A stretch of DNA of 64,000 nucleotides, taken from assembly GCA_029932855.1 (NCBI GenBank), contig JAOZPG010000011.1:29854-93853 (forward strand), in the 5' to 3' direction. The stretch comes from Bacteroidales bacterium. Its GTDB lineage: Bacteria; Bacteroidota; Bacteroidia; Bacteroidales; VadinHA17. Positions within the stretch are counted from its first letter, which is position 1. Each line of letters begins with the position of its first letter. The notes below the pieces were generated by a model. That model worked only from the letters and a program-made list of their open reading frames with translations, was not told the origin of the DNA and did no database searches. A program made the translations under genes and the position numbers. Below are positions 11,534 through 19,759 of this stretch, one piece after another.

Positions 11534-13081
11534 ATGAGTAAATCAGGAAAACTTCTGTATAACTGGCCGGATAACAATTTCGATGAGTCATTAAAATTTC
11601 ATGATGCATCACAGTTAGGCGATATTCCATATGACGTGGCAATTATTGGGGCAGGCATAGTAGGTTCTGCATTAGCCTATCAGCTTTCACAATACAAAGT
11701 AAAAGTTTTGTTAGTCGAAAAAAACTATGATGTAGGTGAAGGAACAACTAAAGGAAGTAGTGCAATAATACATACAGGCTTTGATGCTGCAATTGATACT
11801 CTGGAATCAGAACTGGTAACAAAAGCCTCTTTAGAATGGCCAGAACTAGCGGCAAAGCTTAAAATACCTCTCAGAAAGTGTGGGGCAATTGTTATTGCCA
11901 TTGATGAAGAGCAGGAAATACAATTGGATAAAGTTTACGAAAAAGGGATAAAAAATGGTGTGACTGATATTCAAAAATTAAGTGGAAAAGAGGTAAAAGA
12001 AATAGAACCAAATGTATCAGAAAAAGTCAGAGGGGGTGTTCTTGTGCCGCGGGAGTCACTTGCCGATCCCTTCTCTGCCTCGACTGCATTTTCAGAAATA
12101 GCACTACAAAACGGAACTGATATTATTCTTGGTGTTGAAGTTACAGCTATTGAAAATAAAAGTGAAAAGATAAAAACTCTTGTTACGGCCTGTGGTAAAA
12201 AAATAAAAACAAAAAGAATTGTAAATGTTGCCGGCCTTGGCAGTGAACATTTGGCCAGGATCTATGGGGGAGAAGAATTTGATACTAACCCGCGACGAGG
12301 ACAGTTCCTGATCTTTGATAAATACAGTGGATCTGAAATAAACCGGATTTTCTTACCTATTCCAACTGCAAAGACCAAAGGGGTCCTGGTAGCTCCAACT
12401 ATTTTTGGCAATTTACTGGCAGGCCCAACGGCAGAAGATTATCCTCACAGTTATGAAAATATTTCAGAAACTACTACAGAGCAACTTCAGTTATTAAAAG
12501 AGGGTGCTTCAAAACTATATCCCAAATTACAGGAACAGCCTGTAATTAATATCTTTGCCGGTGTTCGTTCCAACTGTAAACAAGGAAGTTACTGGATTAG
12601 GTGTAATGACAATAGCCCGGGGATAATAACGGTTGCCGGTGTTCGTTCAACAGGCTTTACATCTTCACCCGCTTTAGCCCGGTATCTGATTGGTAAATTA
12701 CAAGATGAACTCGGATTGAATTTAGAAGAGGATCCTGATGCAATCGATAGCCGCCCGGAAAACAAATGGCCCGGCTGGTGGAAACCGGGATATAATATAA
12801 AAGAATTGGTTGATGAAAACCCGGACAATGGTAAAATAGTATGCTTTTGCGAACAAATTACCAAAGCTGATGTTATTCGTCAACTTGATTCTCCTTTAAA
12901 ACCACGCACTTTAGATGCAATAAAACGCCGAACCCGTGCAGGAATGGGAAGATGCCAGGGATTTGACTGCATGGTACCTATTGCTAAAATTATTTCAGAC
13001 CATTGTAAAATACCGCTGGCCGAAATCAGCAAACGCGGACCCGGGACTGAAATATCTTCCACTTCAACTTCAAATAATTAA
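11534..13081 (+). CDS. FAD-dependent (DAO-family) dehydrogenase with C-terminal BFD-like [2Fe-2S] domain; GlpA-like
   Basis: YDVAIIGAGIVGSALAYQL...VEK FAD fold. C-terminal CFCEQITKADVIRQL...RRTRAGMGRCQGFDC is the BFD-type Cys pattern seen in anaerobic G3P dehydrogenase GlpA and relatives. Confidence 0.7.
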   Translation: MSKSGKLLYNWPDNNFDESLKFHDASQLGDIPYDVAIIGAGIVGSALAYQLSQYKVKVLLVEKNYDVGEGTTKGSSAIIHTGFDAAIDTLESELVTKASLEWPELAAKLKIPLRKCGAIVIAIDEEQEIQLDKVYEKGIKNGVTDIQKLSGKEVKEIEPNVSEKVRGGVLVPRESLADPFSASTAFSEIALQNGTDIILGVEVTAIENKSEKIKTLVTACGKKIKTKRIVNVAGLGSEHLARIYGGEEFDTNPRRGQFLIFDKYSGSEINRIFLPIPTAKTKGVLVAPTIFGNLLAGPTAEDYPHSYENISETTTEQLQLLKEGASKLYPKLQEQPVINIFAGVRSNCKQGSYWIRCNDNSPGIITVAGVRSTGFTSSPALARYLIGKLQDELGLNLEEDPDAIDSRPENKWPGWWKPGYNIKELVDENPDNGKIVCFCEQITKADVIRQLDSPLKPRTLDAIKRRTRAGMGRCQGFDCMVPIAKIISDHCKIPLAEISKRGPGTEISSTSTSNN

Positions 13082-13099
13082 TTCAAGGGAGACAAAAAA

Positions 13100-14071
13100 A
13101 TGAATTCAAATAAAGATTATAAAGCTATTATCATAGGAGCAGGTCCCGCCGGTGTGGGTGTGGCAATGAAGTTATACAACAGTGGGATTAAATCTGTTTT
13201 AATACTTGACCGCAATGATAAAATTGGCGGTATACCCTCTTTTTACAAAAGGGAAAAAGGTGGAGTAAAAACATTTATGAGATGGTCAAGAGGCGCCTAC
13301 CCGGTTTTTGGTCAGGACTTTGCAAAATGGCTTGAAAAATTAATATCTAAAACTGATATTGAAGTAAAACTGGATAGCCTGGTTTTAGAAATTGATGCAA
13401 AAGGAAAGACTGTGACTTTTGTTAATCCAAAAGATGGAAAGTTGAGTGTTTCTGCTGAAGCAATAATAATGGCAAGCGGTTCAAGGGAAGAAAATATTGC
13501 AGAGAGAAAATGGCTTGCCGGTGCCAGACCCTCAAGGGTAATGTACACAAAACAGTTGCTCAACTTCGATAAAAATGATTTGCTTCCAATAAAAAAACCT
13601 TTAATAATCGGATCGGATGTAATTGCATATGCAGCAGCAGCAAAACTAAAAGCCGCCGGTTCATCTGATGCTATTATAGTGGATAACACCAGCAATCCTA
13701 AATGCCCGATTCATGAAAGACTTTATTTCAGATTCTGGACTAATCCGTCCTTCCATGGTTTTAATGCAAAGACAATGGAAATAGAAGGAAAAGAATCTGC
13801 AACCGGTATCAGGGTAAATGGCGAGCATTTTGATTGTGACGGAATAGTTATTAGCGGAGAGCTTATTCCAAACAGCGAACTGGCCTTAATAGGAGATCTG
13901 AAAGTCAATGTACTTTCAAGAATTCCTGTGATCAATAAGAATAATCAGCTCTCAGAACCAGGATGGTTTGCTGCCGGAAACATACGTGGTGGCTTTCATG
14001 GTGCTGAGTGGTGTTATTTTAATGGCAAACGTACTGCAGTCTCTGTACTTAAATATATTAACAAAAAATGA
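13100..14071 (+). CDS. NAD(P)/FAD-dependent oxidoreductase (thioredoxin-reductase/NOX-like partner subunit)
   Basis: AIIIGAGPAGVGVAMKL...ILDRNDKIGG FAD motif, a second Rossmann-like PLIIGSDVIAYAAAAKL, and C-terminal WFAAGN. Lies 18 nt after the GlpA-like gene. Confidence 0.65.
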   Translation: MNSNKDYKAIIIGAGPAGVGVAMKLYNSGIKSVLILDRNDKIGGIPSFYKREKGGVKTFMRWSRGAYPVFGQDFAKWLEKLISKTDIEVKLDSLVLEIDAKGKTVTFVNPKDGKLSVSAEAIIMASGSREENIAERKWLAGARPSRVMYTKQLLNFDKNDLLPIKKPLIIGSDVIAYAAAAKLKAAGSSDAIIVDNTSNPKCPIHERLYFRFWTNPSFHGFNAKTMEIEGKESATGIRVNGEHFDCDGIVISGELIPNSELALIGDLKVNVLSRIPVINKNNQLSEPGWFAAGNIRGGFHGAEWCYFNGKRTAVSVLKYINKK

Positions 14072-14158
14072 TAATTAAGGCAGCATGAATTCTTCCTGCA
14101 ACTGCTGCATTCATAATAAAAAACTTTCAAAGAAATTAAACCTTTAAAAATAAACACT

Positions 14159-15664
14159 ATGAAAAAAAGTAAAATAATCAGGCACTCATTTTCATCTTTA
14201 TTGCTAATTAGCAGTTTTATGGCTTCTTTGTTTATTTCAGCAAGCAGCCTGTTTGCTGCTCCTCCTGAAAAAACAGGGATAATAAAAACTCATGGAGATG
14301 GCTTTTATGAAATAAAAGCAAACGGACTCAAAGTCCTTCACCTTAAAGGAACCGGGTATGAGAGAGGTTATCAATATGGTATAATGTTAAAAAATGAGAT
14401 TGAGGAATCAGTAAAAACCGGAACAACAATGTTTGCCACTTACATTGGCGACGGTGATTATGATCTGGGTTTAAAAAGGATATTCCTCGGTAAAGAAAAA
14501 ATGGAACAATATATTCCAACTGAATTCATGAATGAAATGAAAGGTATGGCCGATGCTTTAAAGGATAGTGGATCAGACCTCACATATGACGATATTATCA
14601 TGTGGAATACAATTAATGACAGCAAGATGCTTCATAAAGGCCCCTGCTCTATTGAGGATGACCTTCCTGCCGGGATAAGGCAACCCTATTTCGAAAGGGG
14701 AGGTTGTATGTCTGCCGCCGCTTTTAAGGATGCCACTGCCGATGGTAAAATGATAGTAGCAAAAAACATGGATTGGTATGCTACACAGGAAATGATGAAC
14801 AATCCCCTGCTACTCATTGTTAAGCCAACAGACGGAGGTTATGGTTATCTCACACCAGTATTTCCAGGCTGGTTTGCCTGCATAGAAGGTATGAATGAAA
14901 AAGGAATTACTACAGGACTGCAAATCAGTAAATCGGATGTAGAAACAATTAAGGGTGCCGGATGGCATGCACTTACTGCTTTAATTTTAAAATATACAGA
15001 CGAGATAGACGATGCTATAAATATTATCACCGTTTATCCAAGGCCCTGCGGAAATATTTTTCAGGTAAACGACGGAAATGCAGGTAACTCTATTGTCATT
15101 GAGACCACTGCAAACGCCTTAGCTTTACGCTATCCTGCAGAAGGAAAAAACATCCTTTGGACAACAAATCATTTCAATTGTTATCCTGGCTGGGAAGGTT
15201 ATGAGGGTTCGATCAATATGCCTGCTAAACAGGAAAAATTCTACAAGCTGGATATTAGTTCAATTGAATCCTGGCAAAATACTATCCCAATGTGGACAAA
15301 AGGCCGCTTCGACAGAACAAGGGAGATATTTAATGAGACTTATGGAAAGATTACTGTTGAAAGCATGACTTCTCTGATAAGCGACCGCTACTGTATGAAA
15401 AGAAAAGAATACGTTGAGTGGGATGTTCTGGATGCAGCTTCAATTGCTGATATTTGGGCAAACAACAAAGTTATTGGGAAAAATATTCAATACTATAAAA
15501 GCGATAGAAAAGGGGATGTAACCTATACCGGCGGCACTGTCTGGAGCCTTGTAATGACACCTCTTAGCGGTGATCTGTGGATAGCAATGGCCGGACAGGT
15601 CCCTGCACAAAGAGGAGAATTCATGCACATTAACCTTTTAGAAGAATTAGCAAAAATGGAATAA
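14159..15664 (+). CDS. Secreted peptidase C45 / acyl-CoA:6-APA acyltransferase-family Ntn hydrolase
   Basis: Signal peptide LLLISSFMASLFISASSLFA. Candidate autoprocessing/nucleophile site ERGG|CMSAAAF followed by GKMIVAKNMDW, as in C45 Ntn hydrolases. Confidence 0.6.
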   Translation: MKKSKIIRHSFSSLLLISSFMASLFISASSLFAAPPEKTGIIKTHGDGFYEIKANGLKVLHLKGTGYERGYQYGIMLKNEIEESVKTGTTMFATYIGDGDYDLGLKRIFLGKEKMEQYIPTEFMNEMKGMADALKDSGSDLTYDDIIMWNTINDSKMLHKGPCSIEDDLPAGIRQPYFERGGCMSAAAFKDATADGKMIVAKNMDWYATQEMMNNPLLLIVKPTDGGYGYLTPVFPGWFACIEGMNEKGITTGLQISKSDVETIKGAGWHALTALILKYTDEIDDAINIITVYPRPCGNIFQVNDGNAGNSIVIETTANALALRYPAEGKNILWTTNHFNCYPGWEGYEGSINMPAKQEKFYKLDISSIESWQNTIPMWTKGRFDRTREIFNETYGKITVESMTSLISDRYCMKRKEYVEWDVLDAASIADIWANNKVIGKNIQYYKSDRKGDVTYTGGTVWSLVMTPLSGDLWIAMAGQVPAQRGEFMHINLLEELAKME

Positions 15665-15666
15665 TA

Positions 15667-15948
15667 ATGAAACAAGTATTGATTCAGCTAATATTCTTTC
15701 TGATAATTTATAGTGCTGATATATACGGACAATCAGCAATAATTACCCAGGAATTAGAACCTCATCCATATCTTGAACTCAATGAGTGGTATGCCCACGA
15801 AGGGGATCTGAGTATTGAAGAGGTAATGAAAGATGATCCATCCATCTGTAATACTAAGAAGTTAAATATTCCGTTCTGGGAAAAGAAAGGAATCAAGTGG
15901 TTCAAGAAGGATGTTGTAATTCCTGAAACCCTCGCTGATCTTATGTAA
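15667..15948 (+). CDS. 93-aa signal-peptide protein; probably the N-terminal stump of a larger exported protein
   Basis: Signal peptide followed by W-x-x-x-x-GD ... W ... IKWFKKDVVIPE, which resembles the start of GH2-type/7TMR-DISMED2-type beta-sandwich domains. The ORF stops after about 70 mature residues. Confidence 0.3.
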   Translation: MKQVLIQLIFFLIIYSADIYGQSAIITQELEPHPYLELNEWYAHEGDLSIEEVMKDDPSICNTKKLNIPFWEKKGIKWFKKDVVIPETLADLM

Positions 15949-16015
15949 TATTGCATATCCATTTGGTGACGACTCTGACGGCGGGATAATTGATGAATTT
16001 GAACTGAAGCATTAA

Positions 16016-16873
16016 ATGAACTGGACTAATTTTCATACTCACAGTCATTATTGTGATGGTGAAGGGCACCTGGAAGACTATATAAGAAAAGCTATAAATA
16101 AGAAAATGTTTGCTATTGGCTTTTCCGGTCACGCTCCGGTAGATTTTAATTCATATTGGCATATGAAAAAGGAGAGTTTAGATGAGTACCTGAAGGAAAT
16201 TAGCGATTTGCAAAATAAATACAGTAAATATATCCGAATCTATTCCGGATTAGAAGTAGATTATATACCAGGTATTATAGGACCAGAAAATTTCCGGGAA
16301 CGGCAGTTAGACATAATAATAGGTTCAATACATTATGTCGGACAGTTTGAAAATGGGGAAAACTGTAGTATTGAGGATACAAAAGAAGAATTTGACAGAG
16401 GACTTGAAGCGATCTTTAATAATGACATTAAAAAGCTGGTAGGAACCTATTACGCCAGAATGATTTCAATGATCAGGAATGATCCACCTGATATAATTGG
16501 ACACTTGGATATAGTTAAGAAGAAAAATCACCACAACAGATATTTTCACGAAGAAGATAAATGGTACCAGGATCTTGTAACTGAGGTGATTAAAGCTATT
16601 TCAGATTCAAATTGTATCGTTGAACTCAATACCAGAGGATATTATAAGGGATTTACCAGGGAATTTTATCCCAGCAAATGGATATTGGAGAAATGTTTAA
16701 AATACGATATTCCTGTTACCATAAATTCAGACGCACATCATCCTGATGATATTGACAACAGTTTTAATAAAGCAGCCTCACTTCTTTTAAACATCGGATA
16801 TAAGCATGTACATATCTTCGATATGGGTAATTGGCATAAGGTGAGTTTACAAGAGAACGGATTAGAAATATAG
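16016..16873 (+). CDS. PHP-domain phosphatase, histidinol-phosphatase HisJ family
   Basis: NFHTHSHYCDGEG N-terminal metal motif, GFSGHAP, GSIHY, IGHLD and NSDAHHPDD: the PHP His/Asp ladder. Confidence 0.75.
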   Translation: MNWTNFHTHSHYCDGEGHLEDYIRKAINKKMFAIGFSGHAPVDFNSYWHMKKESLDEYLKEISDLQNKYSKYIRIYSGLEVDYIPGIIGPENFRERQLDIIIGSIHYVGQFENGENCSIEDTKEEFDRGLEAIFNNDIKKLVGTYYARMISMIRNDPPDIIGHLDIVKKKNHHNRYFHEEDKWYQDLVTEVIKAISDSNCIVELNTRGYYKGFTREFYPSKWILEKCLKYDIPVTINSDAHHPDDIDNSFNKAASLLLNIGYKHVHIFDMGNWHKVSLQENGLEI

Positions 16874-16910
16874 CCATAAAAGCCCGGAAGAGACAGTCTT
16901 GCATTTGCAA

Positions 16911-19217
16911 TTAAAACTGACTATTAAGATATTGCATTAATCCCTGCCCCTTAGTGCTTTGCGGATAGATGCTTAGTATCTTCTCTGCATATGGCCTTGC
17001 TTTTTCTATATCACCGGTCTTAATATAGTGGTCGGCCAGGGCATAAAGAAAATCTAAATTCCCGGGTTCCAGTGCAATGGCATTCAGCAGGTTTTTTTCA
17101 GCCGACTCATTATCCTTAAGGAACTGCTTAATAAGAGCAAGATTATAGAATATTCTTGCTCTGTCAGGCATTTTATTCCCTGCAATCTCAAGGTAGGTGG
17201 CAGCTTCTTCGTAATTATTCATTTCAGCCAGCAGTAGTGCAAGTGAATAATATGCTTCATGCACATCGGGGTGCTTTTCAGTAATATCGCGTAACAATGC
17301 TTCAGCCTGAGCATTATTTCCCATCTGGTTATAAAGGAGCGCAAGGTTCATCTTAGCCGGGAAGAACTGGTCGTCAATACGAATAGCCTCGCTGTAGTTG
17401 TCAACAGCTTTCTGAAACTCTCCTGTATTAGCATAATATATGCCCAGGTTATGCCTTCCCCCCGGGAAGTCAGCAGTATATTCCTGGCATTTAATATATT
17501 CCTCAATAACCTGCTTATAGCTTTTCTTATAACTTTTCTCAATTGCATCAGGTGGCAGGGCACTAAGCTTAAATGCAGCCGCAATGCGTACCGCCCTTAC
17601 CGGGTCATGAAGCATTTCACCAAGCTTCGCAGCATAATCATCCTGCGAAATCATAAAATAATATTGCACTCCTGCATGCCTCACTACTGCTTCCTGGTCG
17701 CTCATAGCCATTTCCAGAGCATCCAGACTTTTTTCATTGCCGTATGAGGCTATCTGCGAAAGAGCCGTTGACCTGACAACAGTCCCATACAGGTCGCTAT
17801 GAGCAATATCGATCAGTTCATCCAGTGTTTCAGGCAGATTTTCACCGGCCCGGGCAAAGATGCTGCCGTAATGAACTTTCCTGTTCTTGCCATACCACTC
17901 ATTTATCTTTTCTACAGCCCAGCCGGCAGATTCATCTTTATGACATCCGTTACATGCATTAGGAGTTCCATTGCTCAGACTAATATCGGGACGGGGTATT
18001 CTCATGCTATGATCCCTGCGAAAATCAACACCCATAAAATACTGTCCCGGCATATGACAACTCACACATAAGGCCCCTTCGCCAACATAAAAGGTAGTAT
18101 CCCCAAAGACCAGGTCCTCACCGGCCTCACCGGCATATTTATGAAAATGATGCTGGTATGTATCATATTCCACCTTTTTATGGCACTGCAGGCAAAGCTC
18201 ATTATCATCCAGCACCAGCTTCCCGCTGTGTACGTTATGACAATCATTACAACGGACATCATTATAATACATCCTGCTCTGCAAAAAGGAAGCATATACA
18301 TAGTCTTCCTCAAGTATCTGTCCGTCAACATGATAGAATGGCTCACTAATATTCTGCGGTATGAAGTAATCCAGCATGTCATCATATGAACCGGGAAAAT
18401 CGTCAAGTACAGATCTCCTGGCATGACAGCGTGCACATTGCTCAACATATTTCTTAGTTTCTATATTGCTTGTCTGCACAATGAGTCCGAAATTAGAATC
18501 CATGGGCCTTGCAATATCCGGGAGCTTTGCCCATTTTATATGTTCTTCCCCGGGTCCGTGACAGGCTTCACAACCCACATTAATATCCGACCACGTAGTA
18601 TGAAACTCATGACTTTCTATATCATAACCTTTCTTCAGGTCGGTAGAATGACAGTCAGCACACATGCCGTTCCAGTTCTGAGCGTTATTGGTCCAGTAGA
18701 GCCAGTCGTCCGGGTGAATATTCATTCCTGAATATATGGTATCAACCAGGTCGTACCACTCCCCTTTTTCCGTGTTCCAGGCCAGGTTAAGACATTGAAA
18801 CCTCCCATTTTCCATGGGAACGAGGTATTGTTGCAGGGGAGTATAACCAAAAGTATAGGCAAGCTGGTAATCATCCATTTTGCCATCTATACCGGCTGTA
18901 TGGACAAAGTACTTACCATCCCTGGTATAAAACCTGCTTGTTATTCCGGACTTACTTGTAAACCCGGCATTATTAAAATCTCCCAGTACTGTTTCGGCTA
19001 TGGCCGTATCCATGGCCCTGGCATGATCCGACTCCAGCCACAGGTCGTTTTCCAGCTTATGGCATTCAGTACATGATTCAGTTCCTGTATATGCTATCTC
19101 ATCATTGGTCTGCAATAAACGCTCCTGTGCCTCCCGGGAATGCCTTAGCACATATATGGGAAAGGATAGTATAATTACCAGACTGGCTACAAAAGCTGTT
19201 ATCTTCCGGTTATGCAT
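16911..19217 (-). CDS. Membrane-anchored octaheme c-type cytochrome fused to HEAT-like and TPR repeats
   Basis: N-terminal TM helix. Eight CXXCH motifs: CTECH, CADCH, CEACH, CARCH, CNDCH, CLQCH, CVSCH, CNGCH. These are followed by HEAT-like (AVVRHAGV, DPVRAVRIAAAFKL) and several TPR units (GIYYANTGEFQKAVDNYSEAIRID...). The start overlaps the Rieske stop (ATGCATAA). Confidence 0.8.
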   Translation of the reverse strand: MHNRKITAFVASLVIILSFPIYVLRHSREAQERLLQTNDEIAYTGTESCTECHKLENDLWLESDHARAMDTAIAETVLGDFNNAGFTSKSGITSRFYTRDGKYFVHTAGIDGKMDDYQLAYTFGYTPLQQYLVPMENGRFQCLNLAWNTEKGEWYDLVDTIYSGMNIHPDDWLYWTNNAQNWNGMCADCHSTDLKKGYDIESHEFHTTWSDINVGCEACHGPGEEHIKWAKLPDIARPMDSNFGLIVQTSNIETKKYVEQCARCHARRSVLDDFPGSYDDMLDYFIPQNISEPFYHVDGQILEEDYVYASFLQSRMYYNDVRCNDCHNVHSGKLVLDDNELCLQCHKKVEYDTYQHHFHKYAGEAGEDLVFGDTTFYVGEGALCVSCHMPGQYFMGVDFRRDHSMRIPRPDISLSNGTPNACNGCHKDESAGWAVEKINEWYGKNRKVHYGSIFARAGENLPETLDELIDIAHSDLYGTVVRSTALSQIASYGNEKSLDALEMAMSDQEAVVRHAGVQYYFMISQDDYAAKLGEMLHDPVRAVRIAAAFKLSALPPDAIEKSYKKSYKQVIEEYIKCQEYTADFPGGRHNLGIYYANTGEFQKAVDNYSEAIRIDDQFFPAKMNLALLYNQMGNNAQAEALLRDITEKHPDVHEAYYSLALLLAEMNNYEEAATYLEIAGNKMPDRARIFYNLALIKQFLKDNESAEKNLLNAIALEPGNLDFLYALADHYIKTGDIEKARPYAEKILSIYPQSTKGQGLMQYLNSQF

Positions 19218-19683
19218 AAGTTAAGTCGCTCTTTTCAAATTTTCTACGCCTGATCTTTTTATCCAGATCCACCATTACCTTACCTTCTTTTACAATCACC
19301 TTATAAGTATCCAGGGCATGGGGAGCCGGAGGCTTTAACACATCTCCAAAACGGTTAAACTCTGAAGAATGACATGGACAAATGAATTTATCCTCATCCT
19401 CATTCCAGTGGATTGAACAACCCAGATGAGTACATTTTAACGACAGAGCCAACATCCCCCCGTCGGAATGTCTTACAAGATATAGCCTGCCATTACTGTA
19501 AGGATATACCTCTCCTGGCTTGATATCTTCCAGGCGTCCTATCACCTTCAGCCGGTCGGAATTATGCCTCTCTCCCCTCTTCTTTCCCGAGACCAGGAAG
19601 GATAATGACAGTCCCAGGAACTCAATCCCTGCCACCACTCCTATCCATATCCATATCTTATTTAAAAAAGATCTTCTGTTCAT
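19210..19683 (-). CDS. Rieske [2Fe-2S] protein with twin-arginine signal/anchor
   Basis: MNRRSFLNKIW Tat motif plus a TM helix. Cluster-binding boxes CTHLGC and CPCHSSEF. Confidence 0.85.
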   Translation of the reverse strand: MNRRSFLNKIWIWIGVVAGIEFLGLSLSFLVSGKKRGERHNSDRLKVIGRLEDIKPGEVYPYSNGRLYLVRHSDGGMLALSLKCTHLGCSIHWNEDEDKFICPCHSSEFNRFGDVLKPPAPHALDTYKVIVKEGKVMVDLDKKIRRRKFEKSDLTYA

Positions 19684-19759
19684 TATTTTTATTTTTTGCC
19701 ATTTTATTATTTCTTTTTCATGTTCTCCCCTGCAGCCCGGCTACAAGCTAATATGAACT

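Noticed and set aside
14072-14158. Apparent complementary words (GCAGCA/TGCTGC, TGAAT/ATTCA) after the flavoprotein gene
   Set aside because: The complementary blocks are in the wrong relative order to form a single hairpin, so this is not a terminator.
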